DNA of 64,000 nt from Promethearchaeota archaeon (GTDB lineage: Archaea; Asgardarchaeota; Lokiarchaeia; Sigyniarchaeales; SOKP01), in NCBI GenBank assembly GCA_048941285.1, contig JBHLNS010000004.1, positions 2,896-66,895 on the forward strand, given 5' to 3'. A program made the position numbers and the translations under genes. How positions within the stretch are numbered: position 1 is the stretch's first letter; each line of letters begins with the position of its first letter. Below, piece by piece: positions 1-8,862 of this stretch. The notes beneath the pieces were generated by a model that saw only the letters and a program-made list of their open reading frames with translations, ran no database searches and was not told where the DNA came from.

Positions 1-1
1 T

Positions 2-433
2 GAATTTGGTATACTGTCTCTACTTCACTTATGTGAGTTGCTTCTAATTAAGCTAAGCAATATCGGTAATTTAAATGTACTGGATGAGATACAAGATTAT
101 GTAAATCAAATAATGAAGGCTGCTAAAAATTCACACTCCTATTGGCTGCAAGCAGAAGCATATTTATTGCTAGCTAAATTGAAGTTAATAACGTTCGAAT
201 TTAAAGATACTCAGCAATTATTAACTCAAGCAGCCCATATTGCTGAAAAATATAACCTAAATCTTTTAGCTAAACAAGTTTCAAAAGAACAAGAGGAATT
301 GTCTAAGAAACTTAATAATTGGGAGGAATTAAAACAATCTAAAACAAAAATTGCCACCCGAATAGAGTTAGCCGGTTTAGAAGAGCAGATTAGACGTTTG
401 CTCAAAAAAAGAATGAGTTTAAGAAAATCTTAG
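2..433 (+). CDS. TPR-like helical-repeat protein, C-terminal fragment (5' end outside window)
   Basis: The frame is open from nt 2, with no stop upstream of the TTG at 38. The last ~130 aa align with the C-terminus of ORF 2440..3981 (SYWLQAEAYLLLAKLKLIT vs SFWWLAETYLLQAKLELIT; LLKKRMSL vs MLKRRYSL). Confidence 0.6.
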   Translation, partial: EFGILSLLHLCELLLIKLSNIGNLNVLDEIQDYVNQIMKAAKNSHSYWLQAEAYLLLAKLKLITFEFKDTQQLLTQAAHIAEKYNLNLLAKQVSKEQEELSKKLNNWEELKQSKTKIATRIELAGLEEQIRRLLKKRMSLRKS

Positions 434-634
434 TAATTTGAAACTGGTTTGCTAATATTTCAAATACATTGAAGAATATGCAAATTTTAAAATAAAAAAA
501 AGATATATAGAATGGAGGAAGATTGGTTTAGGTGTGGTCATTCGAGAAGCCAATTATCTAAACTTTTTCCTCCTTTTCTATAATTTAATTAAAGATTCAA
601 CCCTTCATTTAAATTCTCTCCTTTAGTCGTAATT

Positions 635-1324
635 CTAGCCAATTTCATGAACATTTATAATTTCTACAGGGAATAAATCTCCCAATGCTCCTTTGAAACC
701 ATTTCTTAATGCAGCATGAACAAGTCCTCTCTGATTAATTGTCATCATACCCTTTTCTCCAGAAGTAAATCCAAAGTTTTCAGCATAATCTGTAAAAATT
801 CCTACACCGTGCCCAACTCCACTCATAAATGTATAATCACCCAAACCTATATCCCATAAACTTGATATTGGAGCGCCAGGGAATGGGATAAAAAATTCAA
901 TTACTTCACGATATTTAATTATTTTCGCATTTTCAAATATTTGTACAGATGGATCTGAGGGAAATGGAAAATCTGGAACAACACCTAACCAGAATGGAGC
1001 ATCTTCAAGGCTTAAATATACAGTAACTAAGGCTCGTCCATCAGACAATTCTCGTTCCTTAATATATCCATCATAGGTACCTTCAGGCGGAGGGGTACCT
1101 GAGAAAAAGTCAGCAAGCAATATTCGATAACAAGGAGTATCTGCTCCAGGAGGCCATCCAGCCCATGTATAAAAAATACTAGGATTATTTGCTGCCCAAT
1201 CACTTAATGGCCTAAAAGTTACTTTAGAGTTGTCACTCGCCGCAAATACTGTGGAAGCACAACTAATGAAAACTATTGCTATCGCTAAAGGTATTGATAT
1301 TTTTAGTAATGTAGATTTTTTCAT
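635..1324 (-). CDS. exported protein of unknown function
   Basis: 229-aa ORF with a signal-like N-terminus (MKKSTLLKISIPLAIAIVFISCASTVFA). The protein is Gly/Pro/Trp-rich, and its DNA is visibly more G+C-rich than the flanks. Confidence 0.6.
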   Translation of the reverse strand: MKKSTLLKISIPLAIAIVFISCASTVFAASDNSKVTFRPLSDWAANNPSIFYTWAGWPPGADTPCYRILLADFFSGTPPPEGTYDGYIKERELSDGRALVTVYLSLEDAPFWLGVVPDFPFPSDPSVQIFENAKIIKYREVIEFFIPFPGAPISSLWDIGLGDYTFMSGVGHGVGIFTDYAENFGFTSGEKGMMTINQRGLVHAALRNGFKGALGDLFPVEIINVHEIG

Positions 1325-1571
1325 TTTTTTTCAGACTCTTTTTTTAGAAATCAAATTTTGGATATGAGCAGTCCCAATAGCATGGCATATTTGGGAAGGC
1401 TCTCTATCATTATATAATGGGAAAGATTTATATTTAAATATTGTGATCTTTTATATAGAGGAAATAAAATTTAATTACAGGAAAAGCATGAAAAGCCCGT
1501 GTATCATATTAATTTCAAAAAAAATTTTATTTATATTTAAAAGGAATACTTAAAGGTGTCTAGAGATTAAG

Positions 1572-2324
1572 ATGAGTAAAAAAAATATCAAATATGATGA
1601 AGAAATTCTAAAAAATATATCTGCTAAGCAGGAAATGTATGGAGATATCATTTTAGAAGAAAAATGGTTATCTTTAATTGATAAACACGAATTAAGGTAT
1701 GAAATTTGGGCGGTACTTAAATTATATTACGAATTAAATGTTACTCAAATTTCACGGTTAGTAAAGAAAAGTATGTCGACCGTATCAAGAGTTTTAATTT
1801 CCATGAAAAAAGATGGACTCGTTTTATCAAGAAGAGGGGTAAAAAAAGAAGGAGAAGGGGAAAAAATACCCCCAAAATATTACCGTATAAATGAGAAATA
1901 TCACAAAACAAGTGAAACAAAAGCAAAAGAATTAGAACCACCAACAGATCCTCAAAAACTTCGTGAATTCTATATTTCAGAAATTAAGAATTACAGAAAT
2001 GCCATTTATAATATACATAAATTGCTTGATCTTCTAAACCCTTTATTCAATGTTTTTGAAGATCAATTAGATGATATAGGTAAAGCAAAAAGAATATATG
2101 ATTCGTATCTCTCTGGAACAAATGAGCCTTGGTTTAATATTATGTATTTTGATGATGAAAGATATGAAAAATTTTTAGATATACGTATAGAATATTTGTT
2201 AAGATTAGAAAAACTAGCAAGAGAGCAAGAACTAAATGCTACTAATGCATTTGTTTATTTAGACGCCTCATTACCCCTAAAATCGATTTTTGAATTGAAA
2301 AAAAAGGGATATAATAAAGATTAA
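1572..2324 (+). CDS. winged-helix (ArsR/MarR-like) DNA-binding protein with helical C-terminal domain
   Basis: HTH-like segment LNVTQISRLVKKSMSTVSRVLISMKKDGLVLSRR. Sits immediately upstream of a TPR protein gene. Confidence 0.5.
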   Translation: MSKKNIKYDEEILKNISAKQEMYGDIILEEKWLSLIDKHELRYEIWAVLKLYYELNVTQISRLVKKSMSTVSRVLISMKKDGLVLSRRGVKKEGEGEKIPPKYYRINEKYHKTSETKAKELEPPTDPQKLREFYISEIKNYRNAIYNIHKLLDLLNPLFNVFEDQLDDIGKAKRIYDSYLSGTNEPWFNIMYFDDERYEKFLDIRIEYLLRLEKLAREQELNATNAFVYLDASLPLKSIFELKKKGYNKD

Positions 2325-2439
2325 ATTTAGGTTAACTTCTATTTTCCATTTTTGTAAAGTAATATAGCTTTTTATACAAAAAATACTAATATTTACTTAA
2401 AAAATATTAGAGTTTCGAATTTAATCATTTCTCGAATAT

Positions 2440-3981
2440 ATGCCATATTCAAAAATTAGAGATTTTTCCAATATAAAATTCCTTACGGATAATTACAGGT
2501 ACAAGGAAGCCCTTCAGGAATTGGAGAATATCGAAAAATATAAGGATCTTAGTCCATATGAACAAATTTCTTGCTATGTCCTAAAGAGCTCTCTATTATT
2601 TGAATTAGGAAATTATAGGAAATCTCTTAAGTTTATAGACCATATATATCAAGATTGTCAGAATTCGAAATACAATCTCTACTTAATCGATATTTTTACT
2701 ATTAAATCCCAAATTTCATGGAGACAAGGAAAACCAAAAGAAGCTCTCGATTTAATTGCGATTAGTGAAGACATCTTAAAGTCAATTCATAATGAAATTC
2801 CAATAGAATTAAATAAAAGAGCAGCTAGATTAGCAGATATTAAAAGTTGGATTTATATTTATGAAGGAGATATTAATAAAGCAACAGAAAATATGGAATA
2901 TAGTCTTAAACTACGAGAAGAAGTTGGTGATGAAGGAGAAATCGCTTTATCTTACTATCTAAAAGGAAATATTTATTTCTATTACAGAATTGATTGGGAT
3001 TATTCAAAAAAGTGCATAAAAAAAGCATTTGACCTTGCTAAAGAAAAAGGTTTCAAATCTTTAATGTCATTGTGTCTTACAAGGTTAGGAGATTTCTATC
3101 TTATTAATAGTGATTTAGAACGGACTTTTGAGTTTTATAATCGAGCTCTTGATCTATCGAAAGATATAGAATATAAAAAGGGTATTGCATTTTCACTAGG
3201 GGGTTTAGCATATCTTTATGAACAACAAGGTAATTTAAATCGAGCTTTGGAATTTGTTAATAAAAGTTATAGTACATATCAAGAGATGGGAGATATCTTA
3301 GGAATTCTCGAAAGCCTGGATACATCTTTTTGGTTTACTCTTAATAACAATGATCTTGAACACATGAAATATTACTTTAATCGTATGAAACATATTGTTG
3401 AACAGTTTAATGCTAAAATCATGAAAATATTCTTTCAATTGAACAAAGCTTTATTTTTGAAAACCAGTCCATTACCAAGTAACCAAGCAAAAGCTAAAGA
3501 AATATTGATGGAGTTGGTCAAAGAAAAAACAATATCTGAAGCGTCTATATTCTTCGAAGCTGCATATAGGGCTCTGCTTAATCTATGTGATTTATTACTA
3601 AATGAATTACGAAGTACCCATAATTTAGAATTATTAAATGACATTCAATCTTATATACATCAGATGTTATATATCTCCAAAAATGCAAATTCATTCTGGT
3701 GGTTGGCTGAAACCTACTTATTACAAGCAAAGCTAGAGTTAATTACATTAGATTTGAAAAGCGCTGAGGAATCAATAACTCAAGCTCAAAAAATAGCCGA
3801 AAAATGTGGTTTAATCCAATTAAATGAACAAATATTAATTGAAAAAATAAACTTACAAGACCAAATCAACAAATGGAAGGCATTACGCAAATCAAAAGCT
3901 ACCATAACTGAACTAATAGATTTAGCACAGATTGATGATCAATTGATTCGTATGCTTAAAAGACGATATAGTTTAGATTAA
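2440..3981 (+). CDS. TPR repeat protein
   Basis: 513-aa ORF with repeated 34-aa-like A/Y/L patterns (e.g. FEFYNRALDLSKDIEYKKGIAFSLGGLAYLYEQQGNLNRALEFVNKS). The C-terminus is paralogous to ORF 2..433. Confidence 0.65.
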   Translation: MPYSKIRDFSNIKFLTDNYRYKEALQELENIEKYKDLSPYEQISCYVLKSSLLFELGNYRKSLKFIDHIYQDCQNSKYNLYLIDIFTIKSQISWRQGKPKEALDLIAISEDILKSIHNEIPIELNKRAARLADIKSWIYIYEGDINKATENMEYSLKLREEVGDEGEIALSYYLKGNIYFYYRIDWDYSKKCIKKAFDLAKEKGFKSLMSLCLTRLGDFYLINSDLERTFEFYNRALDLSKDIEYKKGIAFSLGGLAYLYEQQGNLNRALEFVNKSYSTYQEMGDILGILESLDTSFWFTLNNNDLEHMKYYFNRMKHIVEQFNAKIMKIFFQLNKALFLKTSPLPSNQAKAKEILMELVKEKTISEASIFFEAAYRALLNLCDLLLNELRSTHNLELLNDIQSYIHQMLYISKNANSFWWLAETYLLQAKLELITLDLKSAEESITQAQKIAEKCGLIQLNEQILIEKINLQDQINKWKALRKSKATITELIDLAQIDDQLIRMLKRRYSLD

Positions 3982-4067
3982 CTTAGATCTTAATTAATAG
4001 AATATTTTATGTGATATCTCATATATATCAAATTATTATTTGTAATGATTAGAGATATTGATATTTG

Positions 4068-4661
4068 ATGCTTTTCGAAAGATTGAATAAAAGTTTTTTC
4101 GAAAGAGATACCAAGCTAGTAGCAACTGGTTTACTTGGAAAATACTTAATACGAGAAACATCTAAAGGTAGAATGATCGGAAAAGTTATAGAAGTAGAGG
4201 CGTATCTTGGACCTAAAGATAAAGCAAGTCATTCTTATGATTACAAAAAAACCGATCGTACAAAAACTATGTACATGAGACCCGGAACTCTCTATATTTA
4301 TCTAATTTATGGATTATACTACTGTTTAAATGTTATAACTGAACCAGAAGGTATACCCTGTGCGGTATTAATCCGACAATTATTTCCTATTAATGGAATT
4401 GAATTGATGAGTGAAAATAGAAATGTAAAAATTGGAAAGAATTTTCAAAATCTTACAGATGGCCCAGGAAAGTTGTGTATGGCTTTAAATATAACAAAAA
4501 GGCTATTTAATGGAAAAAATTCCTGTTCTGATGACTCAAAATTATTTTTTACAAAAGGAGAGAATATTGAAAAAAAGTCTATTATCGCTAGTAAAAGAAT
4601 CGGTATTAATTATGCAGAAGAAGATAAAGACAAATTGTTAAGATTTACATTGAAATCTTAA
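4068..4661 (+). CDS. DNA-3-methyladenine glycosylase (Mpg/AAG family)
   Basis: Full-length resemblance to the Mpg family (FFERDT..VA.GLLGK.L...., IGKVIEVEAYLGPKDKASHSY, MYMRPGTLYIYLIYGLYYCLNV, AVLIR). The ATG at 4068 lies one codon inside the TTG at 4065. Confidence 0.85.
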   Translation: MLFERLNKSFFERDTKLVATGLLGKYLIRETSKGRMIGKVIEVEAYLGPKDKASHSYDYKKTDRTKTMYMRPGTLYIYLIYGLYYCLNVITEPEGIPCAVLIRQLFPINGIELMSENRNVKIGKNFQNLTDGPGKLCMALNITKRLFNGKNSCSDDSKLFFTKGENIEKKSIIASKRIGINYAEEDKDKLLRFTLKS

Positions 4662-4856
4662 AAGTCTTAAATTGGGACTCAAATTGCAAAATTTCCTATA
4701 CTTTTAAAATAATTCTAATTTTAAAATAGAAATTTTCTCTTTTTTCCCATTACAAAATGGAAATCAATGGATAAATTTATATATCAGTATTTTTCCCTTA
4801 TCTTTGCAGTTATGGATTAAAGCTAAATAAGAGGTGATTTTATCGTTAGAGACGCC

Positions 4857-5297
4857 TTGAAATTTTTTCAAGCATATATAAAAGAAATGATTGATGTAGG
4901 TGGAAGCAATTTACCAAAAGCTATTTCTTCTAAATCTGGAGCAAAACTAGGGAAATTATATAATAAACGAGGTTTTACTCAGGATGTTGGAACAACGTTG
5001 AGGCAAATATATACTGTATTAAACGCAAAACCAATTGTAAAGCAATTAAACGAGAATACATATGAGATTACCTTGAAATATGCTAAAAAATTTTGCCCAA
5101 TTGGGGGTTCTCATAATCCAGCTCGAGCATCAATTTTTCAAGAAAACATTTGCATTCCATATACGAAAGGATTCTTAAATGAGGTCTTTCCTCAATATAA
5201 GTTTAAGTCTGATATTTTGGATTGTATTCCGCTTAATAATCATAAAACCTGTCATTATATTTTAAAATTCTCAAGAAAAGATAATGTAGGGCAATGA
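4857..5297 (+). CDS. Cys-containing small protein, V4R-like domain (paralog A)
   Basis: Highly similar to ORF 5416..5880 (LKFFQAYIKEMIDVGG.NLPK; FCPIGG; ICIPYT). Cys spacing is reminiscent of V4R ligand-binding domains. The true start may lie upstream of the TTG (see findings). Confidence 0.55.
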   Translation: MKFFQAYIKEMIDVGGSNLPKAISSKSGAKLGKLYNKRGFTQDVGTTLRQIYTVLNAKPIVKQLNENTYEITLKYAKKFCPIGGSHNPARASIFQENICIPYTKGFLNEVFPQYKFKSDILDCIPLNNHKTCHYILKFSRKDNVGQ

Positions 5298-5415
5298 TTC
5301 ATTTTCTTCTATATTATTTGTAATTAAATAATTTTTATAACTGATCTTAAATACTTTTAGGGTGACAATTAACTATAATTTACTTAATTTTCAATTAGTA
5401 ACGGGTATAAGTGAA

Positions 5416-5880
5416 ATGTCGAAGAATAAAGATGCTTTAAAATTTTTTCAAGCCTACATTAAAGAAATGATCGATGTAGGTGGTGCTAATCTCCCTAAAT
5501 CAATATCCGCGAGTTTGGGAGCAAAATTAGGCAAAATCTTGCAAAAAAGAGGAGTTATAGGATTAGAAAATAGCTTAAAAAGAATTTATAAGGTTCTAAA
5601 TGCTAAAACAACCATAGAAACTATAGATGATAATACATTAGGAATTTCATTGAGATATTCACACCGATTTTGCCCTATTGGGGGCAAATATAATCCTGAT
5701 AAATCGGAAATAATCCAAAATACAATCTGTATTCCATATACAGTAGCTATATTAAATTCTTTACATCCTGAGTTTAAATATACTGCGGAAATTAAAGAAT
5801 GTATGCTTAATTCTCATAATAAATACTGTAGATATAATTTGACTAAAGAACCAAAAAATGTAAGTAATAGTATTGAATAA
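5416..5880 (+). CDS. Cys-containing small protein, V4R-like domain (paralog B)
   Basis: Tandem paralog of 4857..5297. The ATG at 5416 (MSKNKDALKFFQAY...) is preferred over the upstream GTG at 5362. Confidence 0.6.
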   Translation: MSKNKDALKFFQAYIKEMIDVGGANLPKSISASLGAKLGKILQKRGVIGLENSLKRIYKVLNAKTTIETIDDNTLGISLRYSHRFCPIGGKYNPDKSEIIQNTICIPYTVAILNSLHPEFKYTAEIKECMLNSHNKYCRYNLTKEPKNVSNSIE

Positions 5881-5899
5881 TCAAGATTAAATTTTAAAA

Positions 5900-6215
5900 A
5901 ATCCTGAACCTTGATATCAATCCTACTATTATGACCATAAGATCTCATGCCCCTCCACACCCTTACCATAAAGCGTAAATACCTATAGTTACGGATGCTT
6001 CCTCCCGGACCTGTCCGGTTTTCTAATTATAAGCTTATACCTTTCCTACAAAAGGTACTGCTCTGATACCTACCGTTATGGGGAGTGCTTCGACGGAACA
6101 CAAGATTGGATAATAGCACTCATGAATTCTTAATTCAGGCAATTTCCACTATGAGCATTTTGTGGTCCACCCAGCAAGGGGTTTCAAGCATTGCCCAAGG
6201 TGCTCATTGAATTTA
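5900..6215 (-). ncRNA. signal recognition particle RNA (7S/SRP RNA), archaeal size class
   Basis: A G+C-rich, ORF-free island in AT-rich DNA. The minus strand reads CCGGACAGGUCC-GGGA-GGAAGCAUCC (plus 5994-6018), which is the conserved helix-8 GNRA tetraloop plus AGCA symmetric-loop motif. The 5' domain forms a hairpin (AUGAGCA...UGCUCAU, plus 6141-6207). CCUGAA (6134-6139) can pair with UUCAGG (5905-5910). An oligo-U tract follows the 3' end (plus 5896-5901) and a TATA-like element lies ~25 nt upstream of ~6215. Ends are approximate. Confidence 0.8.
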
Positions 6216-6297
6216 AATCATTGTTAAAATTTAAAATTTGCATATTCAAAAAAATGATGAAGTTTAATAAAACTTCAATTAAATGAAAAACTTCAGA

Positions 6298-6462
6298 TTA
6301 CTTCTTTGAAAACAATTCTTTTTTAATTTCTTTTCTTCTAATGATTGAGAGAAATTCTTTAGTATCAGGAAAAACATAGATAAATTCTTCTCCGTCATCC
6401 TCTATTGTAATCTCTTTATAAAACTTTCCCTTAACTTTAGTATTTAAATCATTCAAAATCAT
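6298..6462 (-). CDS. hypothetical small protein (54 aa)
   Basis: ATG..TAA ORF found by hand, below the track cutoff (MILNDLNTKVKGKFYKEITIEDDGEEFIYVFPDTKEFLSIIRRKEIKKELFSKK). It has no recognisable domain. Confidence 0.25.
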   Translation of the reverse strand: MILNDLNTKVKGKFYKEITIEDDGEEFIYVFPDTKEFLSIIRRKEIKKELFSKK

Positions 6463-6555
6463 GAATTAAAAGTACGAGATTCGAATTCAAAAAAACCTAT
6501 AGCATGGTGATAATATAGAGAGAACTATCTTAAACCAAATTAAGAATAATGATTA

Positions 6556-7410
6556 TTAATTTATAAGTAAATTATCTAAAAATGCTCTCACTTGATTATT
6601 GGCAGATTTTCCATGATTGAATAAGCCATTTAGATATCCATTTAGAAATACTTTGATTTCCAAGTTAAGGTCTTTAATATCGATGTAATTATATTGTGAT
6701 TGTAACTTCTTTCCCTCTACTACCGGTTTTATATGTTTTTCAATTAAGTTCAATGTAAAATTCACAACAGCATTATTTACTTTTTCTTTATCACCATTAG
6801 ATAATTCATAGTTACCTTGTATTGTTTGTTTTCTTATTTCATTCAATTCTAATAATAAATTTTCCAAATCAGGCAATAATTTTAACGACTTTATTTTTGT
6901 TGGCAAATCTTTCTCATTTTCATCAGGAACTTGAGCATCACAATATTTCTCCAAATTCGCGTAAAATCTAACTAAAAGTTTAAATGTATCTTGAATTTCA
7001 TACATGTTTTCCCAAATATTAAGATCTACACCTTTGAGAGATTTTTTAATGCTTATTTTGACTTTTTCAGAAACTTCAGTCAAGTATTGAGAATAATCCT
7101 CAAATGGAAAGCCAAAGTAGTAATTATTGTATTTTTCTTTAATTTCTTTATTGGTAATGCCGGGGGATTGAATCTTTTCTTTTTTGACGATTTCTTTAAC
7201 GAATTTCATGATATAATTGCAATTTGGACAATATGTGATCCAAGAACTAAGAATTACTTCAGCTGGTTTAACGCCACTAGAACTTATATACCCATTAAAC
7301 CCTGATAATAATTTTCCTTCAGAAGAAAAAGTAGCTTCCTCAGGATAAAATGTTCTAGGAATGAATTTATTATTACATAGTGGGCATTTTAGCTTTTCTT
7401 TTTTATTCAT
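6556..7410 (-). CDS. zinc-ribbon protein of unknown function
   Basis: 284-aa ORF. Its N-terminus carries CPLC...(48)...CPNC, a four-Cys ribbon arrangement. Confidence 0.55.
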   Translation of the reverse strand: MNKKEKLKCPLCNNKFIPRTFYPEEATFSSEGKLLSGFNGYISSSGVKPAEVILSSWITYCPNCNYIMKFVKEIVKKEKIQSPGITNKEIKEKYNNYYFGFPFEDYSQYLTEVSEKVKISIKKSLKGVDLNIWENMYEIQDTFKLLVRFYANLEKYCDAQVPDENEKDLPTKIKSLKLLPDLENLLLELNEIRKQTIQGNYELSNGDKEKVNNAVVNFTLNLIEKHIKPVVEGKKLQSQYNYIDIKDLNLEIKVFLNGYLNGLFNHGKSANNQVRAFLDNLLIN

Positions 7411-7609
7411 GACACTCTAAGCTATATTTTTAATTATCCTATAATTGATTATACTATATCACATATTTTAGTAGAATTCGTACTATATATACAAGAATAA
7501 TATCTAGACCATATTCCCTAAAAACAAACTCCATCTAAAAGTACAAAAAAAAAAGAACATTTACATTTAACACTTAAAAAACATTATAATTAAATTGGGG
7601 AAATTAAAA

Positions 7610-8719
7610 ATGTCAGATGATATAGTGTATGTTGATGCTGAAATCCTAGAAAATTTTATGAAGGACGTTTTTATAGGATTAGGTGTTCCCGAAAAAGATG
7701 CTCAAATTATTGCGGAAGTATTGATTACTTCAGATTTAAGAGGGATAGAATCACATGGCATTCAAAGATGTAAGATGTATTATGATCGTATAAAAGAAGG
7801 GATTTATGAAGCTAAAACGAAAATTGATGTTATAAAAGAAGGCCCAACAACAGCCTTATTGGATGGAAATTGCGGTATGGGGCATGTAATTGCTTATAAA
7901 GCAATGGAAATGGCAATTGAAAAAGCAAAAAAATATGGTCTTGGAGCAGTAGCAGTCAGAAATTCTACTCATTTTGGAATTGCAGGATATTATTCTCTTA
8001 TGGCGATAAAAGAAGGTATGATTGGGTTAACTGTTACAAATGCTAGACCTTCAATTCCACCAACATTTGGATGTGAACCTATGCTAGGAACAAATCCATT
8101 AACCATTGGAGCCCCAACAGATGAAAAATTTCCTTTCCTTCTTGATTGTGCTACGTCCATAATACAAAGAGGAAAAGTTGAAGTAAATGCAAGAGTCAAT
8201 AAACCACTTCCAGAAAACACAGTTATAAATGATAAAGGTGAAATTATGACAGATCCAAATAAAGTATTAGATGAAATGTTGAATAGAAAAGCATCTTTAT
8301 TGCCATTAGGAGGTAAAGGCGAAGAAACTGCGGGATATAAAGGATATGGATATGCTACAGTAGTAGAACTCCTTTCAGCAGCTCTTCAAAAAGGAATTTT
8401 CTTACGAGATACTCTTGGTATTGTTGAAAACGACCAGAAAAGGCTAAAGGTAGGGCATTTCTTCTTGGCAATCAACCTTGAGAACTTTATAGGAATAGAC
8501 TCATTTAAGAAAACAGCCGGTAATATAATGAGGGATTTGAGAACTTCAAGAAAGATTCCTGGAGCTGAACGAATCTATACTGCTGGAGAAAAGGAATTTC
8601 TTGCCGAAAATCAAAGAAGAAAATCAGGAATTCCCATCAACAAAAGTTTACAGGAAGACATTTTGATTATGAAAAAAGAACTCAAACTAATTGAATATCA
8701 TTTTCCCTTTTCATCATAA
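7610..8719 (+). CDS. Ldh_2-family (malate/L-lactate/sulfolactate-type) NAD(P)H-dependent 2-hydroxyacid dehydrogenase, copy 1
   Basis: Family signatures LRGIESHGIQR, GMGHV, AVRNSTHFGIAGYY, GTNP, ATSIIQRGKV and GYKGYGYA. The ATG at 7610 is preferred to the TTG at 7595. Paralog at 52617..53756. Confidence 0.85.
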   Translation: MSDDIVYVDAEILENFMKDVFIGLGVPEKDAQIIAEVLITSDLRGIESHGIQRCKMYYDRIKEGIYEAKTKIDVIKEGPTTALLDGNCGMGHVIAYKAMEMAIEKAKKYGLGAVAVRNSTHFGIAGYYSLMAIKEGMIGLTVTNARPSIPPTFGCEPMLGTNPLTIGAPTDEKFPFLLDCATSIIQRGKVEVNARVNKPLPENTVINDKGEIMTDPNKVLDEMLNRKASLLPLGGKGEETAGYKGYGYATVVELLSAALQKGIFLRDTLGIVENDQKRLKVGHFFLAINLENFIGIDSFKKTAGNIMRDLRTSRKIPGAERIYTAGEKEFLAENQRRKSGIPINKSLQEDILIMKKELKLIEYHFPFSS

Positions 8720-8862
8720 TTCTGTTTTAATTTCTTTTTTAATCTATATCTAACTTTTTTTGAATGTTTTTGATTGTTTTACTGGAAAAAAATAGAGTAC
8801 TTTATTATTATAATTTTGAAATATGAAGTAAATCAATCACTCTAAAAATTAGGATAATATAG

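Noticed and set aside
6254-6300. Possible C/D-box sRNA (ATGATGA at 6254-6260 followed by a GAAGTT/AACTTC hairpin)
   Set aside because: No CTGA D box or C'/D' pair sits at appropriate spacing, and a single ATGATGA heptamer is expected by chance in this composition.
6991-7305. 104-aa ORF on the + strand
   Set aside because: It lies entirely antisense within the longer ORF 6556..7410. Its product is Phe/Ile/Asn-rich low-complexity sequence, typical of shadow frames in AT-rich DNA. The same reasoning applies to 1741..1944, 3435..3644, 7990..8220, 12552..12737, 12856..13077, 12862..13065, 18380..18565, 19940..20194, 22635..22877, 23609..23812, 23982..24164, 26362..26553, 27626..27877, 33845..34060, 38457..38645, 38754..38948, 39429..39665, 41811..42032, 45710..45910, 46547..46789, 54497..54709, 55061..55285, 57646..57870, 57701..57901, 58901..59086 and 63181..63453.
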